From Roseovarius sp. (GTDB lineage: Bacteria > Pseudomonadota > Alphaproteobacteria > Rhodobacterales > Rhodobacteraceae): 64,000 nt of DNA. Below, in pieces: positions 40,140 to 50,299 of this stretch. The stretch is taken from NCBI GenBank assembly GCA_034521935.1, contig JAXHLV010000006.1, positions 251,550 to 315,549 of the forward strand. Reading direction: 5' to 3'. The translations under genes were made by a program, and so were the position numbers. Numbering within the stretch: position 1 is the first letter of the stretch; every line of letters begins with the position of its first letter. Under the pieces are notes generated by a model. It was not told the origin of the DNA. It searched no databases and worked only from the letters and a program-made list of their open reading frames with translations.

Positions 40140-41342
40140 TTAGCGGCGCACCGGGTCTTCACGGTCGGGGGCAGCCGCCGTGGCGGTCTCCAGATCATCA
40201 AGCGCGCGTGCGAGGCGCGCGCGCGGGCAGGCGATGTTGAGGCGGGCAAAGCCCGCGCCCTGCGCACCGAAGGCGATGCCGCGGGTGATCGCCCAGCGGG
40301 CGCGGCCGCGCAGGAAGGCGGTCAGGTCATCGGGGGCGAGCCCCAGCTTGCGAAAGTCGAGCCACAAGAGGAACGTGCCCTCGGGCTCGATCAGGTCGAC
40401 CGTGTCGATCACGCCAAGCCGGGCGCGCACCAGATCGAGATTGCCCTCGATATACGCGAGCGCCGCGTCGAGCCACGGGCCGCCCCCGGCATAGGCCGCC
40501 TCCATCGCGGCGGAGGCGAAGGCGTTGTTCTTGTTGACCGTCAGGCGGCTGTTCTCGGCCTGAAAGGCGGCGCGACGGGTGGCGTCGGGCACGACGGTGA
40601 AGGCCGAACAACAGGCCGCGATGTTGAAGCTCTTGGCAGGCGAGAGGCAGGTGACGGAGTTCTGCGCGTCCGCGGCGGATAGTGACGCGAAGGGCGTGTA
40701 AGCGTGGCCCGCAAAGGTGATGTCGCCGTGGATTTCATCCGCCACCACCAGCACGTCATGCGCGCGGCAGATCGCGCCCAGCCGGGCCAGCTCGTCTCGC
40801 GTCCAGACCCGGCCCACGGGGTTGTGCGGGTTGCACAGGAAGATCATGCGCGTGCCGGGATCGGCGGCCACCCGCGCCAGCCCGTCAAAATCCATCTCGT
40901 AGCGGCCATCGCGCAGGATCAGCGGGTTTTCCACCATGCGGCGGCCGTTCTCGGCGATGATGTCGGCAAAATCGAAGAACACCGGCGGCTGCACGATGAT
41001 GCCCTCGCCGGGGTCTGAGAAAAGGTTGACCGCCATCGCCAGCGCGTTGAGCACGTTGGGCGCGCGCAGGATGTGATCGAGGTCCACCTGCCAGCCATGC
41101 CGCGCCGCGAGCCAGCCGGTGAGCGCGGGCAACAGCCCGTCGGGCACCGCCTCGTAGCCGAAAACGCCATGCGCGGCACGGCGGGACATGGCCTCGGCGA
41201 TGCAGGGGGCGACACGAAAATCCATATCCGCCACCCCGCCGGGGAAAAGGCCCATCCCGTCGGCCCCCAGCACGCGGCGGTGATGCTTGAGCGCGAACAC
41301 CGCGCGGCGGTCGATCTCTTCGTCGAAGTCGAAAGGGGTCAA
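40140..41342 (-). CDS. PatB/MalY family PLP-dependent C-S lyase/aminotransferase
   Basis: VADMDF, HGVFGY, LCNPHNPVGRVW, DEIH.D, SPAKSFN, EGTFL.WLD, RLNIACP; TTG start with GAGGAG RBS. Confidence 0.85.
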   Translation of the reverse strand: MTPFDFDEEIDRRAVFALKHHRRVLGADGMGLFPGGVADMDFRVAPCIAEAMSRRAAHGVFGYEAVPDGLLPALTGWLAARHGWQVDLDHILRAPNVLNALAMAVNLFSDPGEGIIVQPPVFFDFADIIAENGRRMVENPLILRDGRYEMDFDGLARVAADPGTRMIFLCNPHNPVGRVWTRDELARLGAICRAHDVLVVADEIHGDITFAGHAYTPFASLSAADAQNSVTCLSPAKSFNIAACCSAFTVVPDATRRAAFQAENSRLTVNKNNAFASAAMEAAYAGGGPWLDAALAYIEGNLDLVRARLGVIDTVDLIEPEGTFLLWLDFRKLGLAPDDLTAFLRGRARWAITRGIAFGAQGAGFARLNIACPRARLARALDDLETATAAAPDREDPVRR

Positions 41343-41387
41343 GGCACAGGCTCCTCGCGGTGGTGCCGCGCCCCTCGCCCGCCCCGC

Positions 41388-41729
41388 TCAGGCGCTTTCA
41401 ACACCCGGCGCGAGCAGCGACAGCGCCTCGGCGCAATTCTCGATGCGCCCGTCGCAGCAATCCTCGAGAAGGAAGCGAACCAGCATGTTCACGGTCGCAA
41501 GATCGGCCGCGTAATAAATTTCGCGCTGCTTGCGTGTGGATTGCAGAAGACCGGAGCGCTTGAGGATCGAGAGGTGCCCCGACAATGTCGAGGGCACCAT
41601 GTCGAGCTTTTGCGCGATGTCGCTGACGCGCATTCCCTTCGGTCCCGCGCGCACGAGCAGGCGAAACACGCTCATGCGGCTGCTCTGCGCAAGCGCCGCA
41701 AAGCACTCTATGACGCGGTCCTGTTCCAT
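41388..41729 (-). CDS. arsR: ArsR/SmtB repressor with C-terminal CC-x6-C site
   Basis: AALAQ..R..VFRLLV, STLSGHL..L..SGL, FLLEDCCDGRIENC; divergent from arsD. Confidence 0.85.
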   Translation of the reverse strand: MEQDRVIECFAALAQSSRMSVFRLLVRAGPKGMRVSDIAQKLDMVPSTLSGHLSILKRSGLLQSTRKQREIYYAADLATVNMLVRFLLEDCCDGRIENCAEALSLLAPGVESA

Positions 41730-41738
41730 AATTCGTTA

Positions 41739-41760
41739 ATGTCCGATATGTCGGAGCATT
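41739..41760. promoter_or_regulatory. Candidate ArsR operator palindrome
   Basis: TCCGA-tatg-TCGGA inverted repeat just upstream of arsR. Confidence 0.4.
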
Positions 41761-41899
41761 GCAAGCCTGCAGGCAGCGACCTGTCATGCGGTAATTTCGT
41801 CATATTGACATACCCCGAATTAACGATATATCAAACGGTACCCAACCTGGACCCGCGTGATCGCGGCAAACAGCCAGCCCATCAGAAGGAGTCCCGTCA

Positions 41900-42253
41900 A
41901 TGACCACACTCACCGTCTACGACCCCGCGATGTGCTGTTCCACCGGCGTTTGCGGCCCGCGCGTCGATCAACATATCGTCGATTTCGCCGCCGATCTGGA
42001 CTGGCTCACGGCGCAGGGCGCGCAGGTGCGGCGCATCAACCTGGGGCAGGAGCCCGCCGAATTCGCAGCCAATCCCGAGGTCAAGGCGCTGCTGGAGGAG
42101 GGCGGCGAGGCAAACCTGCCCGCGATCCTGCGCGATGGCGCGCTGGTTAGCCACGGGCGCTACCCGTCGCGCGCGGAACTGGCCGGCTGGGCCGGGGTGG
42201 CGCAGATGGACGCGCGCACCGCCAAGCCGGATGCGCCGGGCGCCTGCTGCTGA
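41900..42253 (+). CDS. arsD: Arsenite metallochaperone
   Basis: YDPAMCCSTGVCGP, GRYPSR.EL, terminal CC. Confidence 0.92.
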   Translation: MTTLTVYDPAMCCSTGVCGPRVDQHIVDFAADLDWLTAQGAQVRRINLGQEPAEFAANPEVKALLEEGGEANLPAILRDGALVSHGRYPSRAELAGWAGVAQMDARTAKPDAPGACC

Positions 42254-42302
42254 CACGACGTAATTCGAGGAGGGGCCTGCCCCTCCCGCTTTTAGAGGAC
42301 CC

Positions 42303-44058
42303 ATGATGTTCAACGATCTGCCGAAATTCGTGTTTCTCACCGGCAAGGGCGGGGTGGGCAAGACCTCGCTGGCCTGCGCCACCGCCGTGGCCCTCGCCGA
42401 TGCGGGCCGCCGCGTGCTGCTGGTCTCGACCGACCCGGCGTCCAATGTCGGGCAGGTCTTCGGCGTGCGGATCGGCAACAGCATCACCGAAATCACCACC
42501 GTCCCCGGCCTCGACGCGCTCGAGATCGACCCCGAAGGCGCGGCGGCGGAGTATCGCGAGCGGATCGTCGGGCCGATGCGCGGGGTGCTGCCGGAAAGCG
42601 CGCTCAGCAGCATCGAGGAACAGCTGTCGGGGGCCTGCACCACCGAGATTGCGGCCTTCGACGAGTTCACCGCCCTTCTGACCGATGACGCGGTGACCGG
42701 GCGCTTATGACAATATCATTTTCGACACCGCCCCCACCGGCCACACCATCCGGATGCTGAAACTGCCCGGCGCGTGGTCGGGCTTTCTGGAGACCGGCGG
42801 CGATGCGTCCTGCCTCGGCCCGCTGGCGGGGCTGGAAAAGCAGCGCGCGCGCTATGCCGCGGCGGTAGAGAGCCTTTCGGACGCCGCGCGCACGCGGTTG
42901 ATCCTCGTGGCCCGCCCGCGCACAACCTCGCTGTCGGAGGCCGCGCGCACGAGCGCCGAGCTGGCCGGGATCGGCATCGAAAACCAGCATCTGGCGATCA
43001 ACGGGATGATGCCGGATCAGGACATGGGCGACGCGCTGGCCCGCGCGATGATCGCGCGGGAACGCGCAGCGCTGGACGGCATGGGCGCAGACCTCGCCGC
43101 CCTGCCGCAGAGCCGCTTTGCCCTGCGCCCCGAGAACCTCGTCGGTCTCGACGCGCTGCGCCGCATGGCCGCGCCGGTTGAATTGAGCAAGGCTGCCCCG
43201 CGCCACACCGATACCGACCTGCCGCCGCTCGCGGCGCTCGTGGACGGGATCGAGGCCCCCGGAAAAGGGCTGGTGATGACGATGGGCAAGGGCGGCGTCG
43301 GCAAGACCACCATCGCCGCCGCCGTCGCCGTGGACCTGGCCGCGCGCGGGCACGAGGTGCTGCTGACCACCACCGACCCCGCCGCGCACCTGACCGAGAC
43401 GCTGGCGGGTGATGTGCCGGGGCTCACCGTGAGCCGCATCGACCCCGAGGCCGAAACGCAGGCCTACCGCGATCACATCCTCGCCACCAAGGGCGCGAGC
43501 CTCGACGCGCAGGGCCGCGCCATGCTCGAGGAAGACCTGCGCTCGCCCTGCACCGAGGAAATCGCCGTGTTCCAGGCGTTCTCGAAGGTGATCCGCGAGG
43601 CGGGGCGCAAGTTCGTGGTAATGGACACCGCCCCCACCGGCCACACGCTCTTGCTGCTCGACGCCACCGGCTCGTATCACCGCGACGTGCTGCGCCATGC
43701 GGGCGAACAGGCCAGCCACATGACCACGCCGATGATGCGATTGCAGGATCCCGAGAAGACGAAGATCCTCATCGTCACCCTGCCCGAGACCACCCCGGTG
43801 CTCGAGGCGGCGCGGCTTCAGGAGGACCTCAAGCGCGCCGGGATCACGCCCTACGGATGGGTGGTCAACGCGAGCCTCGCGGCCACCGGCACCACGCATC
43901 CCGTCCTCGCCGCGCGCGCCGGGACCGAAGGCCCCGAGATTGCACAGGTGCGCGATACCCTTGCCACGCGCCATGCCGTCGTGCCAATGCAGGCGCAGGA
44001 TCCGGCCGGCCCCGACCGCCTGCGCGCCCTCAGCGGTCGCGCCCCCGCCCTCGCCTGA
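42303..44058 (+). CDS. arsA: Arsenical pump-driving ATPase (apparent +1 frameshift near 42706)
   Basis: Two GKGGVGKT P-loops, two DTAPTGHT motifs, SGACTTE, SCLGP, RSPCTEE. Confidence 0.93.
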
Positions 44059-44079
44059 CTTTGAAAGGACAGACCCACC

Positions 44080-45156
44080 ATGCCCGCATTCGAACGTTAT
44101 CTCTCGGTCTGGGTCGCGCTGGCGATCCTCGCCGGTCTCGGCCTCGGCCAGGTCGCACCGGCCCTCGTGAATTTCCTCGCCAGCCTCGAATACGGCTCGG
44201 TCAATTTCGTGGTCGCGGTGCTGATCTGGTTCATGGTCTACCCGATGATGGTGGCGGTGGATTTCTCGTCGCTCGCGCGCATCCATGAACGGCCCAAGGG
44301 GCTGGTGATCACGCTGGTCGTCAACTGGCTGATCAAGCCGTTCACGATGGCCGCCCTTGGCCTGCTGTTCTTCGAGCTGATCTTCGCGCCCTTCATCGAG
44401 CCGGGCACCGCCGGGCAGTATATCGCGGGCATGATCCTCTTGGGGGCCGCGCCCTGCACGGCGATGGTGTTCGTGTGGTCGACGCTCACCAAGGGCGATC
44501 CGAACTACACGCTGGCGCAGGTGTCGCTGAACGACGCGATCATGGTCTTTGCCTACGCGCCCATCGTGGCGCTGCTGCTGGGCGTCACGGACATCACCGT
44601 GCCGTGGGAGACGCTGGTGCTGTCGGTCGGGCTCTACGTGGTGATCCCGCTCATCGCCGGGATCATCACGCGCGTGATGATGACGCGCCGCGCCGCCAAC
44701 CGGGCAGAGGCCGAGGCGGCGGTGGGGGCTTTCACCGGACGCGTGAAACCGCTTTCGGTGCTGGGGCTGCTGGCCACGGTGGTGCTCTTGTTCGGGTTCC
44801 AGGGCGAGGTGATCCTGACCAAGCCGCTGGTGATCGTGATGATCGCGATCCCGCTTTTGATCCAGTCCTACGGCATCTTCGCGATTGCCTATTGGGCGGC
44901 CAAGGCGTGGCGCGTGCCGCACAAGGTGGCCGCCCCCTGCGCGATGATCGGCACCTCGAACTTCTTCGAGCTGGCGGTGGCCGTGGCCATCGGCCTCTTC
45001 GGCCTCAATTCCATCGCCGCGCTGGTGACCGTGGTGGGCGTGCTCGTGGAGGTGCCGGTGATGCTGTCGCTGGTCTGGTTCGCCAACCGCACCACGCACT
45101 GGTTCCCCGACGAGGAAACCGCGATCCGCGCACCCAGAACAAAGGAACAGAACTGA
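44080..45156 (+). CDS. acr3: Acr3-family arsenite efflux transporter
   Basis: [45 protein letters not shown]. Confidence 0.93.
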   Translation: MPAFERYLSVWVALAILAGLGLGQVAPALVNFLASLEYGSVNFVVAVLIWFMVYPMMVAVDFSSLARIHERPKGLVITLVVNWLIKPFTMAALGLLFFELIFAPFIEPGTAGQYIAGMILLGAAPCTAMVFVWSTLTKGDPNYTLAQVSLNDAIMVFAYAPIVALLLGVTDITVPWETLVLSVGLYVVIPLIAGIITRVMMTRRAANRAEAEAAVGAFTGRVKPLSVLGLLATVVLLFGFQGEVILTKPLVIVMIAIPLLIQSYGIFAIAYWAAKAWRVPHKVAAPCAMIGTSNFFELAVAVAIGLFGLNSIAALVTVVGVLVEVPVMLSLVWFANRTTHWFPDEETAIRAPRTKEQN

Positions 45157-46019
45157 TGTATCGCACCGCATTGATCGCCCTTGATTATTCGGCGGCCCAG
45201 GGCCCGCTGCTCGACTGCCTGACCGATCTGCGCGACATGGGCGTGGCGCGGGTCGTGCTCATCCATGTCGCGAAGGTCGGCTACGGCCAGGGATCCGGGC
45301 TTGGCCACGAGGACGCGCTGAGCGAATGGCTCTCGGGGCGGGCTTCGGCCCTGCGCGAGGCCGGGATCGAGGTCGAGATCGACATCCGCGCCGCTGGCGA
45401 GGTGGCCAAGGATATCCTCGCCGCCGCCGCTGAGCACAGTGCCGACCTGATCGTGATCGGCTCGCGCGGGCAGAACATGATCCGCGGGCTGTTTCTGGGC
45501 TCGGTCGCGCGCGAGGTGCTCCGGCTGAGCACACTGCCAGTGCGTCTGGAATGGATCGAGGCGACCAGCAAGGACGGTGAGGACGCCTGCGAGCGCACAT
45601 GCCACGCGGGGCTGCGGCGGCTTCTGCTGGCCACGGATTTCTCGCCGCAGGCGCAGGCTGCGGAAACGGCGGCGGCCAGGCTTGCGCCGCATGCGGGCAT
45701 CGTCGATCTGCTGCATGTCATCAACCCGGACGAGGCGGCCCGCTATGCGCGCTGGCCGGTGATGGCACGCGCCGCGCTCGACAATATCGCGCATGAGGTC
45801 ATCGCCGCCGGTGGCAAGGCCGAGGTTCATCTGGAAACCGGCAAACCCTCCGAGGAAATCGCGAGGGCCGCTGCCGACCGCGACGCCGATCTGATCGTCG
45901 TCGGCAAGCACGGGCAAGGCTGGGTGCAGAGCATGGCCATCGGCTCGACCGCCGCCAATCTTTGCGAAGTCGCCCGCCGCCCCGTGCTCATGGTGCCGGT
46001 CCGGAAAGACCCGGTTTGA
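45156..46019 (+). CDS. Tandem-domain universal stress protein
   Basis: Two USP domains (DLIVIGSRG..LGSVA; DLIVVGKHG..IGSTA); ATG overlaps the acr3 stop. Confidence 0.85.
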   Translation: MYRTALIALDYSAAQGPLLDCLTDLRDMGVARVVLIHVAKVGYGQGSGLGHEDALSEWLSGRASALREAGIEVEIDIRAAGEVAKDILAAAAEHSADLIVIGSRGQNMIRGLFLGSVAREVLRLSTLPVRLEWIEATSKDGEDACERTCHAGLRRLLLATDFSPQAQAAETAAARLAPHAGIVDLLHVINPDEAARYARWPVMARAALDNIAHEVIAAGGKAEVHLETGKPSEEIARAAADRDADLIVVGKHGQGWVQSMAIGSTAANLCEVARRPVLMVPVRKDPV

Positions 46020-46237
46020 TCGTAGCGCGCCACCGCTGATCCGCGCCGCACCGACCGCCTCTGACCACGTCGCGCCCCGGATCATCGGGGGGTGCGCGGG
46101 CGGTCGGAGACGTGTTCCGACAAAAAGCGGTCGAAAAATGCCGACGGTCTGCTAATTCGCTCGTTAAGATGAGGAGGGCGGATGGCTGCCACGCGCAGTC
46201 AATCCCCAAGGACAGGATTGGGCAATAAGGCACGTCG

Positions 46238-46750
46238 ATGAAAAGAAACGGTCTCGACGCGATTGATATCCGTATTCTCGGGGCCGTGCAGCGGCACGGT
46301 CAACTGAGCAAGACGCGCCTCGCAGAGATCGTGAACCTGTCGCCAAGCCCGTGCTGGGCGCGGCTCGACAAGCTCAAGGCGGCCGGGCTGATCCGGGGCT
46401 ACGGGGCGGAGATCGCGCTCGAGCGGATCGCCGATTTCACCCGCGTGATCGTGACCGTTTCGCTGACGCATCACCACCGGGCGGATTTCGACCGGTTCGA
46501 GGCGCATATCGCCAAACTTGACGAGATCACCGACTGCGTCGCCACCGGGGGCGGCATGGATTACATCATGACCGTTTATGTCCGCAGCGTCGCCGCGTTC
46601 GAGGCGCTGATGGCCGGGCTGCTGGATTCGAACCTCGGGATCGACCGCTACATGACCTATTTCACCACCCGCACCATCAAGCGCACGCCACCGGACCTCG
46701 CGAAACTCTGCGCGGTGCCTGCGAGCAAGCGATCCGAAGGCGCGCCCTGA
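46238..46750 (+). CDS. Lrp/AsnC transcriptional regulator
   Basis: LDAIDIRIL, LAEIVNLSPSPCW.R...L...GLI.GY. Confidence 0.88.
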   Translation: MKRNGLDAIDIRILGAVQRHGQLSKTRLAEIVNLSPSPCWARLDKLKAAGLIRGYGAEIALERIADFTRVIVTVSLTHHHRADFDRFEAHIAKLDEITDCVATGGGMDYIMTVYVRSVAAFEALMAGLLDSNLGIDRYMTYFTTRTIKRTPPDLAKLCAVPASKRSEGAP

Positions 46751-46937
46751 GTCGCCCCGTGCCGGGGCCGCATGCGACCTTTCGCGCCCATACGGGCTGA
46801 TCCTGATTAAAAAACAGTCTGCACAAACTTCGGGCGGCGTGTATTCGGACCAGACCGAGCGCCACAGAGAGTTACAACCCGTTCATTGACACATCGCGCG
46901 GCCAATGCGCCGCGGATCGACAAGGGAGGCGAATGAC

Positions 46938-48080
46938 ATGGCGCAATCGACGGATTTCGGGTTCGGCACGCAGATACGCAAATCACCGTATTTCGACGCA
47001 ACCGTGCGGTGGGGGGCGCAGGGCTTTTCGGTCTACAACCACATGTACATTCCCCGCGACTTCGGCGATCCCGAGCAGAATTTCTGGAATCTCGTGAACG
47101 ATGCGATCCTGTGCGACGTGGCCGTCGAGCGACAGGTGGAGATCACCGGACCGGACGCCGCGCGCTTTACCCAGATGCTGACGGCGCGCGACCTGTCGTC
47201 GATGGCGGTGGGTCAGTGCAAATACGTGCTCATCACCAATGCCGAGGGCGGCCTTCTCAACGATCCGATCTGCCTGCGGCTGGGCGAAAACCATTTCTGG
47301 CTGTCCCTTGCCGACAGCGACATCCTGCTCTGGGCGCAAGGCGTGGCGGTGCATTCCGGCATGGACGTGACCATCACCGAGCCGGACGTGTCGCCGCTGC
47401 AATTGCAGGGGCCCAAATCGGGCGAGATCATGCGCGCGCTCTTCGGCGACGAGATCATGGACCTGCGCTATTACTGGCTGCGCGAGATCGAGCTTGACGG
47501 TATTCCGCTCATCGTGTCGCGCACCGGCTGGTCGAGCGAGCTGGGCTACGAGATCTACCTGCGCGACGGCGACTGGGGCGATGCCCTGTGGGAGCGGATC
47601 ATGACGGCGGGCCTGCCCTTTGGCCTCAAACCGGGCCACACCTCGACCGTCCGCCGCGTCGAGGGCGGAATGCTCAGCTATCACGCCGATGCCGATATCC
47701 ACACCAACCCCTATGAGCTGGGCCTCGACCGGCTGGTCAACGTGGACATGGAGGCCGATTTCATCGGCAAGTTCGCTCTGCGCCGCATCCGCGACAACGG
47801 CGTGACGCGCAAGCAGGTCGGCCTGCGCCTCGGCGGCGCGCCGCTTTCGGGGCCGAATACCTGGTTCTGGCCGGTGGGCCACGCGGGAGAGACGGTAGGC
47901 AAGGTCACCTCGGCGGTCTACTCGCCCCGGCTCGATCAGAACATCGCGCTGGCGATGGTCGGGATCGACCATGCCGAGCTTGGGACGGAGGTGCAGGTGC
48001 ATACTCAGGCGGGGCCTGCGCAGGCCACGGTGGTGGAAAAACCCTTCTTCGACCCGAGAAAACAGATCGCGGTGGCTTGA
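46938..48080 (+). CDS. GcvT/DmdA-like THF-dependent demethylase/aminomethyltransferase
   Basis: IRKSPYF, SVYNHMYIP, DVAVERQVEITGPDA, LNDP, SRTGWSSELGYE, KVTSAVYSP. Confidence 0.82.
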   Translation: MAQSTDFGFGTQIRKSPYFDATVRWGAQGFSVYNHMYIPRDFGDPEQNFWNLVNDAILCDVAVERQVEITGPDAARFTQMLTARDLSSMAVGQCKYVLITNAEGGLLNDPICLRLGENHFWLSLADSDILLWAQGVAVHSGMDVTITEPDVSPLQLQGPKSGEIMRALFGDEIMDLRYYWLREIELDGIPLIVSRTGWSSELGYEIYLRDGDWGDALWERIMTAGLPFGLKPGHTSTVRRVEGGMLSYHADADIHTNPYELGLDRLVNVDMEADFIGKFALRRIRDNGVTRKQVGLRLGGAPLSGPNTWFWPVGHAGETVGKVTSAVYSPRLDQNIALAMVGIDHAELGTEVQVHTQAGPAQATVVEKPFFDPRKQIAVA

Positions 48081-48217
48081 GTCCTCCCCGGCGGAGGCGC
48101 ACAAAGCTGCCTCCGCCTCCGCCTCCGCGTCAACGCCCCCCGCTGTCCGGCACTTGACAGCGGGGCCGGAGTTGTCCGCACTGGACATCCCAAGCCTCCC
48201 GCGCTCTACATGCGTCC

Positions 48218-48937
48218 ATGACCGATCCGATCTACGCCATCCCCGACATCCACGGGCAGGACGCGCTGCTTGACGAGGCGCTCGACCGTGTCGCCCATGA
48301 CGGCGGGCGCGACGCGCAAATCGTCTTCCTCGGCGACCTCGTGGATCGCGGCCCCGACAGCCGCGCGGTGATCGAGCGGCTGATGACGGGGCAGGCCGAG
48401 GGCCGCCCCTGGACCGTGCTGCGCGGCAATCACGACCAGATGTTTCTCGATTTCCTCGACCAAGGCACGCTGCACTCGCCGCGCGTCGCCTCCGGCCTCG
48501 CGTGGCTCCATCCCCGCCTCGGCGGCGACACGACGCTCGCCTCCTACGGCATCACCACGCCCGACCCGGACACCGCCCTCGTTGAGGCCCGCATAATTGT
48601 GCCGCAGGCGCATCGCGACTGGCTCGCCACCCTGCCGCTGTGGTCCGAGGCCGGGCCGCTGCTGTTCGTCCATGCCGGCATCCGCCCCGGCCTGCCGCTC
48701 GACCGGCAGGACCGCGATGACCTCATGTGGATACGCGCGGGCTTTCTCGATCACCCCGGCCCGCACCCGTGGCTGGTGGTCCACGGCCACACGGTGCTCG
48801 ATCACCCCACCCATTTCGGTCCACGCATCGGCCTCGACGGCGGCGCAGGCTACGGCCGCCCCCTCTGGGCGGCGGTGTTCGAGGGCCGCGACTGCTGGCT
48901 CCTGACCGATACGGGCCGCGCGCCCCTCATGCCCTGA
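48218..48937 (+). CDS. Calcineurin-like metallophosphoesterase (Ser/Thr phosphatase family)
   Basis: DIHG, GDLVDRG, RGNHD, FVHAG, HGHT. Confidence 0.88.
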   Translation: MTDPIYAIPDIHGQDALLDEALDRVAHDGGRDAQIVFLGDLVDRGPDSRAVIERLMTGQAEGRPWTVLRGNHDQMFLDFLDQGTLHSPRVASGLAWLHPRLGGDTTLASYGITTPDPDTALVEARIIVPQAHRDWLATLPLWSEAGPLLFVHAGIRPGLPLDRQDRDDLMWIRAGFLDHPGPHPWLVVHGHTVLDHPTHFGPRIGLDGGAGYGRPLWAAVFEGRDCWLLTDTGRAPLMP

Positions 48938-48956
48938 GGCCACACCCGCCCCTCCC

Positions 48957-48985
48957 GTCATCGTCCGGCCCGACCGGACGATCTC
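48957..48985. repeat. RPE-like half palindrome
   Basis: gtcatcgtccggcccgaccggacgatct. Confidence 0.5.
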
Positions 48986-49212
48986 TCTCGAAAGCGCCAA
49001 CAGAAGGCAATGACCGGCAGCGTTTGCCTGAGCGGGCGCTCTGGCGTGACGGACCCACCGGCACTGCCATCAAGCATCGCGCACCGTCGCCCCAAGCCAA
49101 AACGTCTGAAGCGCCTGCCGGGGGCAGGCAGGCGCTGCCCCCCGTGGCCTCGGCAGGACGTGTGGCGCGCGCTGGCTCTTTCTTCGCATAAGAGCCGGGT
49201 TCAGCATAAGAC

Positions 49213-49317
49213 AAGCGTGTCGCGTTCATTCGCATTCACGCAACACGCTCCAACTTAATGATGTCGCCTGTTCGAGGAACTCAAAACCGGTTCCCGCTTT
49301 TGAGCAACATACTCTAG
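49213..49317. repeat. RIME/BruRS-like double-palindrome repeat, copy 2
   Basis: Similar to 801-907; its terminal CTAG coincides with the stop codon of the adjacent gene. Confidence 0.75.
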
Positions 49318-50189
49318 AACCACTGACCCGGCTCCATCAGCCCGAGGTCGAGCAACTGGCGCGAGTGCCACTCGAAAGGCACGGAATTGTGCGAGGTGAA
49401 ACTCGGGATGTCGAAGGTCGAGCCGGGGTTGCGCTTGAGCGCCTTGGCGGTGCGAAATGACGCGATGGCCGCGGTCAGGTTGTTGTGCCACGGGCAGGCA
49501 TAGGTGTTGTATTCCTCGTCCGAGAAAGTGTGATCGGCCCGCAGCGTGACGCCCGGCTGCGCGCGAAACAGCGCGATCCGGTCGATCTTGCGGCGGGTCG
49601 CGGGGATATGCTCCTCGAACCGCCAGCGCAGCCCGCCGAAGAAATCGAGCTGCCGCTCGCGCGGGTGGTTGTGATTGTCCGGGTCCGGCCGCCCGAGCGC
49701 GTAATAGCCCGAGCGGTCAAGCTGCGCCTCCTCGAGCGACACGGCTTGCGGGTGGCGTGAAAGATCCGGGGCGTAAAGGTCGATCACGTAAGTCAGCATC
49801 GCGTCACGCCGTTCCTCGGTGTGAAACGCGAGCAACTCGCCGATGCTGCGCGTCTCGCAGAACGGGTAGAACAGGTATTCGGCGTTGTAGCAGTAATACA
49901 TCCAAAGCCCTGGTGCTGCGGCGGCCACGGCATTGACGGCGGCGACCGGATCGTCGCCGCCGGGCGCATCAAAACGGATACGGTGGACCGTCGGCTCGTC
50001 CATGACGTCCGGCGCGGCGGCGAAGGCGTCGGGCGCGAAGAACAGGATCGACTTGAACCCGAGGTCGAGATGGTGGCGCAAGGTCGATGAAATTTCGATC
50101 TCGTCCTCGGCGAAGATCATCGCGAGCGGCCCCTTGGCAAGCGCCGCGCCGGGCCGCGCGAGAAACTCCGTGAGCGTGGGTGCCGTCAT
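49314..50189 (-). CDS. Conserved hypothetical protein, glycosyltransferase-2-like
   Basis: TLRHH..LGF, EYLFYP.CETR, FFGGLRWR, L..LGLM..G.W resemble roseobacter GT2-like proteins. Confidence 0.55.
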   Translation of the reverse strand: MTAPTLTEFLARPGAALAKGPLAMIFAEDEIEISSTLRHHLDLGFKSILFFAPDAFAAAPDVMDEPTVHRIRFDAPGGDDPVAAVNAVAAAAPGLWMYYCYNAEYLFYPFCETRSIGELLAFHTEERRDAMLTYVIDLYAPDLSRHPQAVSLEEAQLDRSGYYALGRPDPDNHNHPRERQLDFFGGLRWRFEEHIPATRRKIDRIALFRAQPGVTLRADHTFSDEEYNTYACPWHNNLTAAIASFRTAKALKRNPGSTFDIPSFTSHNSVPFEWHSRQLLDLGLMEPGQWF

Positions 50190-50299
50190 GCGTCGATCCT
50201 GCCTGTTTTCCACAGAGTCGGCAAAACGGCCAGGCATTGCAAGAGGGGCTTGCCCTGATGTAGGAGCCGGGGGTGATTTCTCAGGCAGGAGCCGGGCGC

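Noticed and set aside
46938-48080. Calling this gene dmdA outright
   Set aside because: The family motifs fit, but the N-terminus differs from the characterised DmdA sequence as I recall it and there is no acuI-type context, so I left it as GcvT/DmdA-like.
49181-49215. TTCGCATAAGA resembling the XerC half of dif
   Set aside because: No XerD arm (TTATG...) follows at the right spacing.
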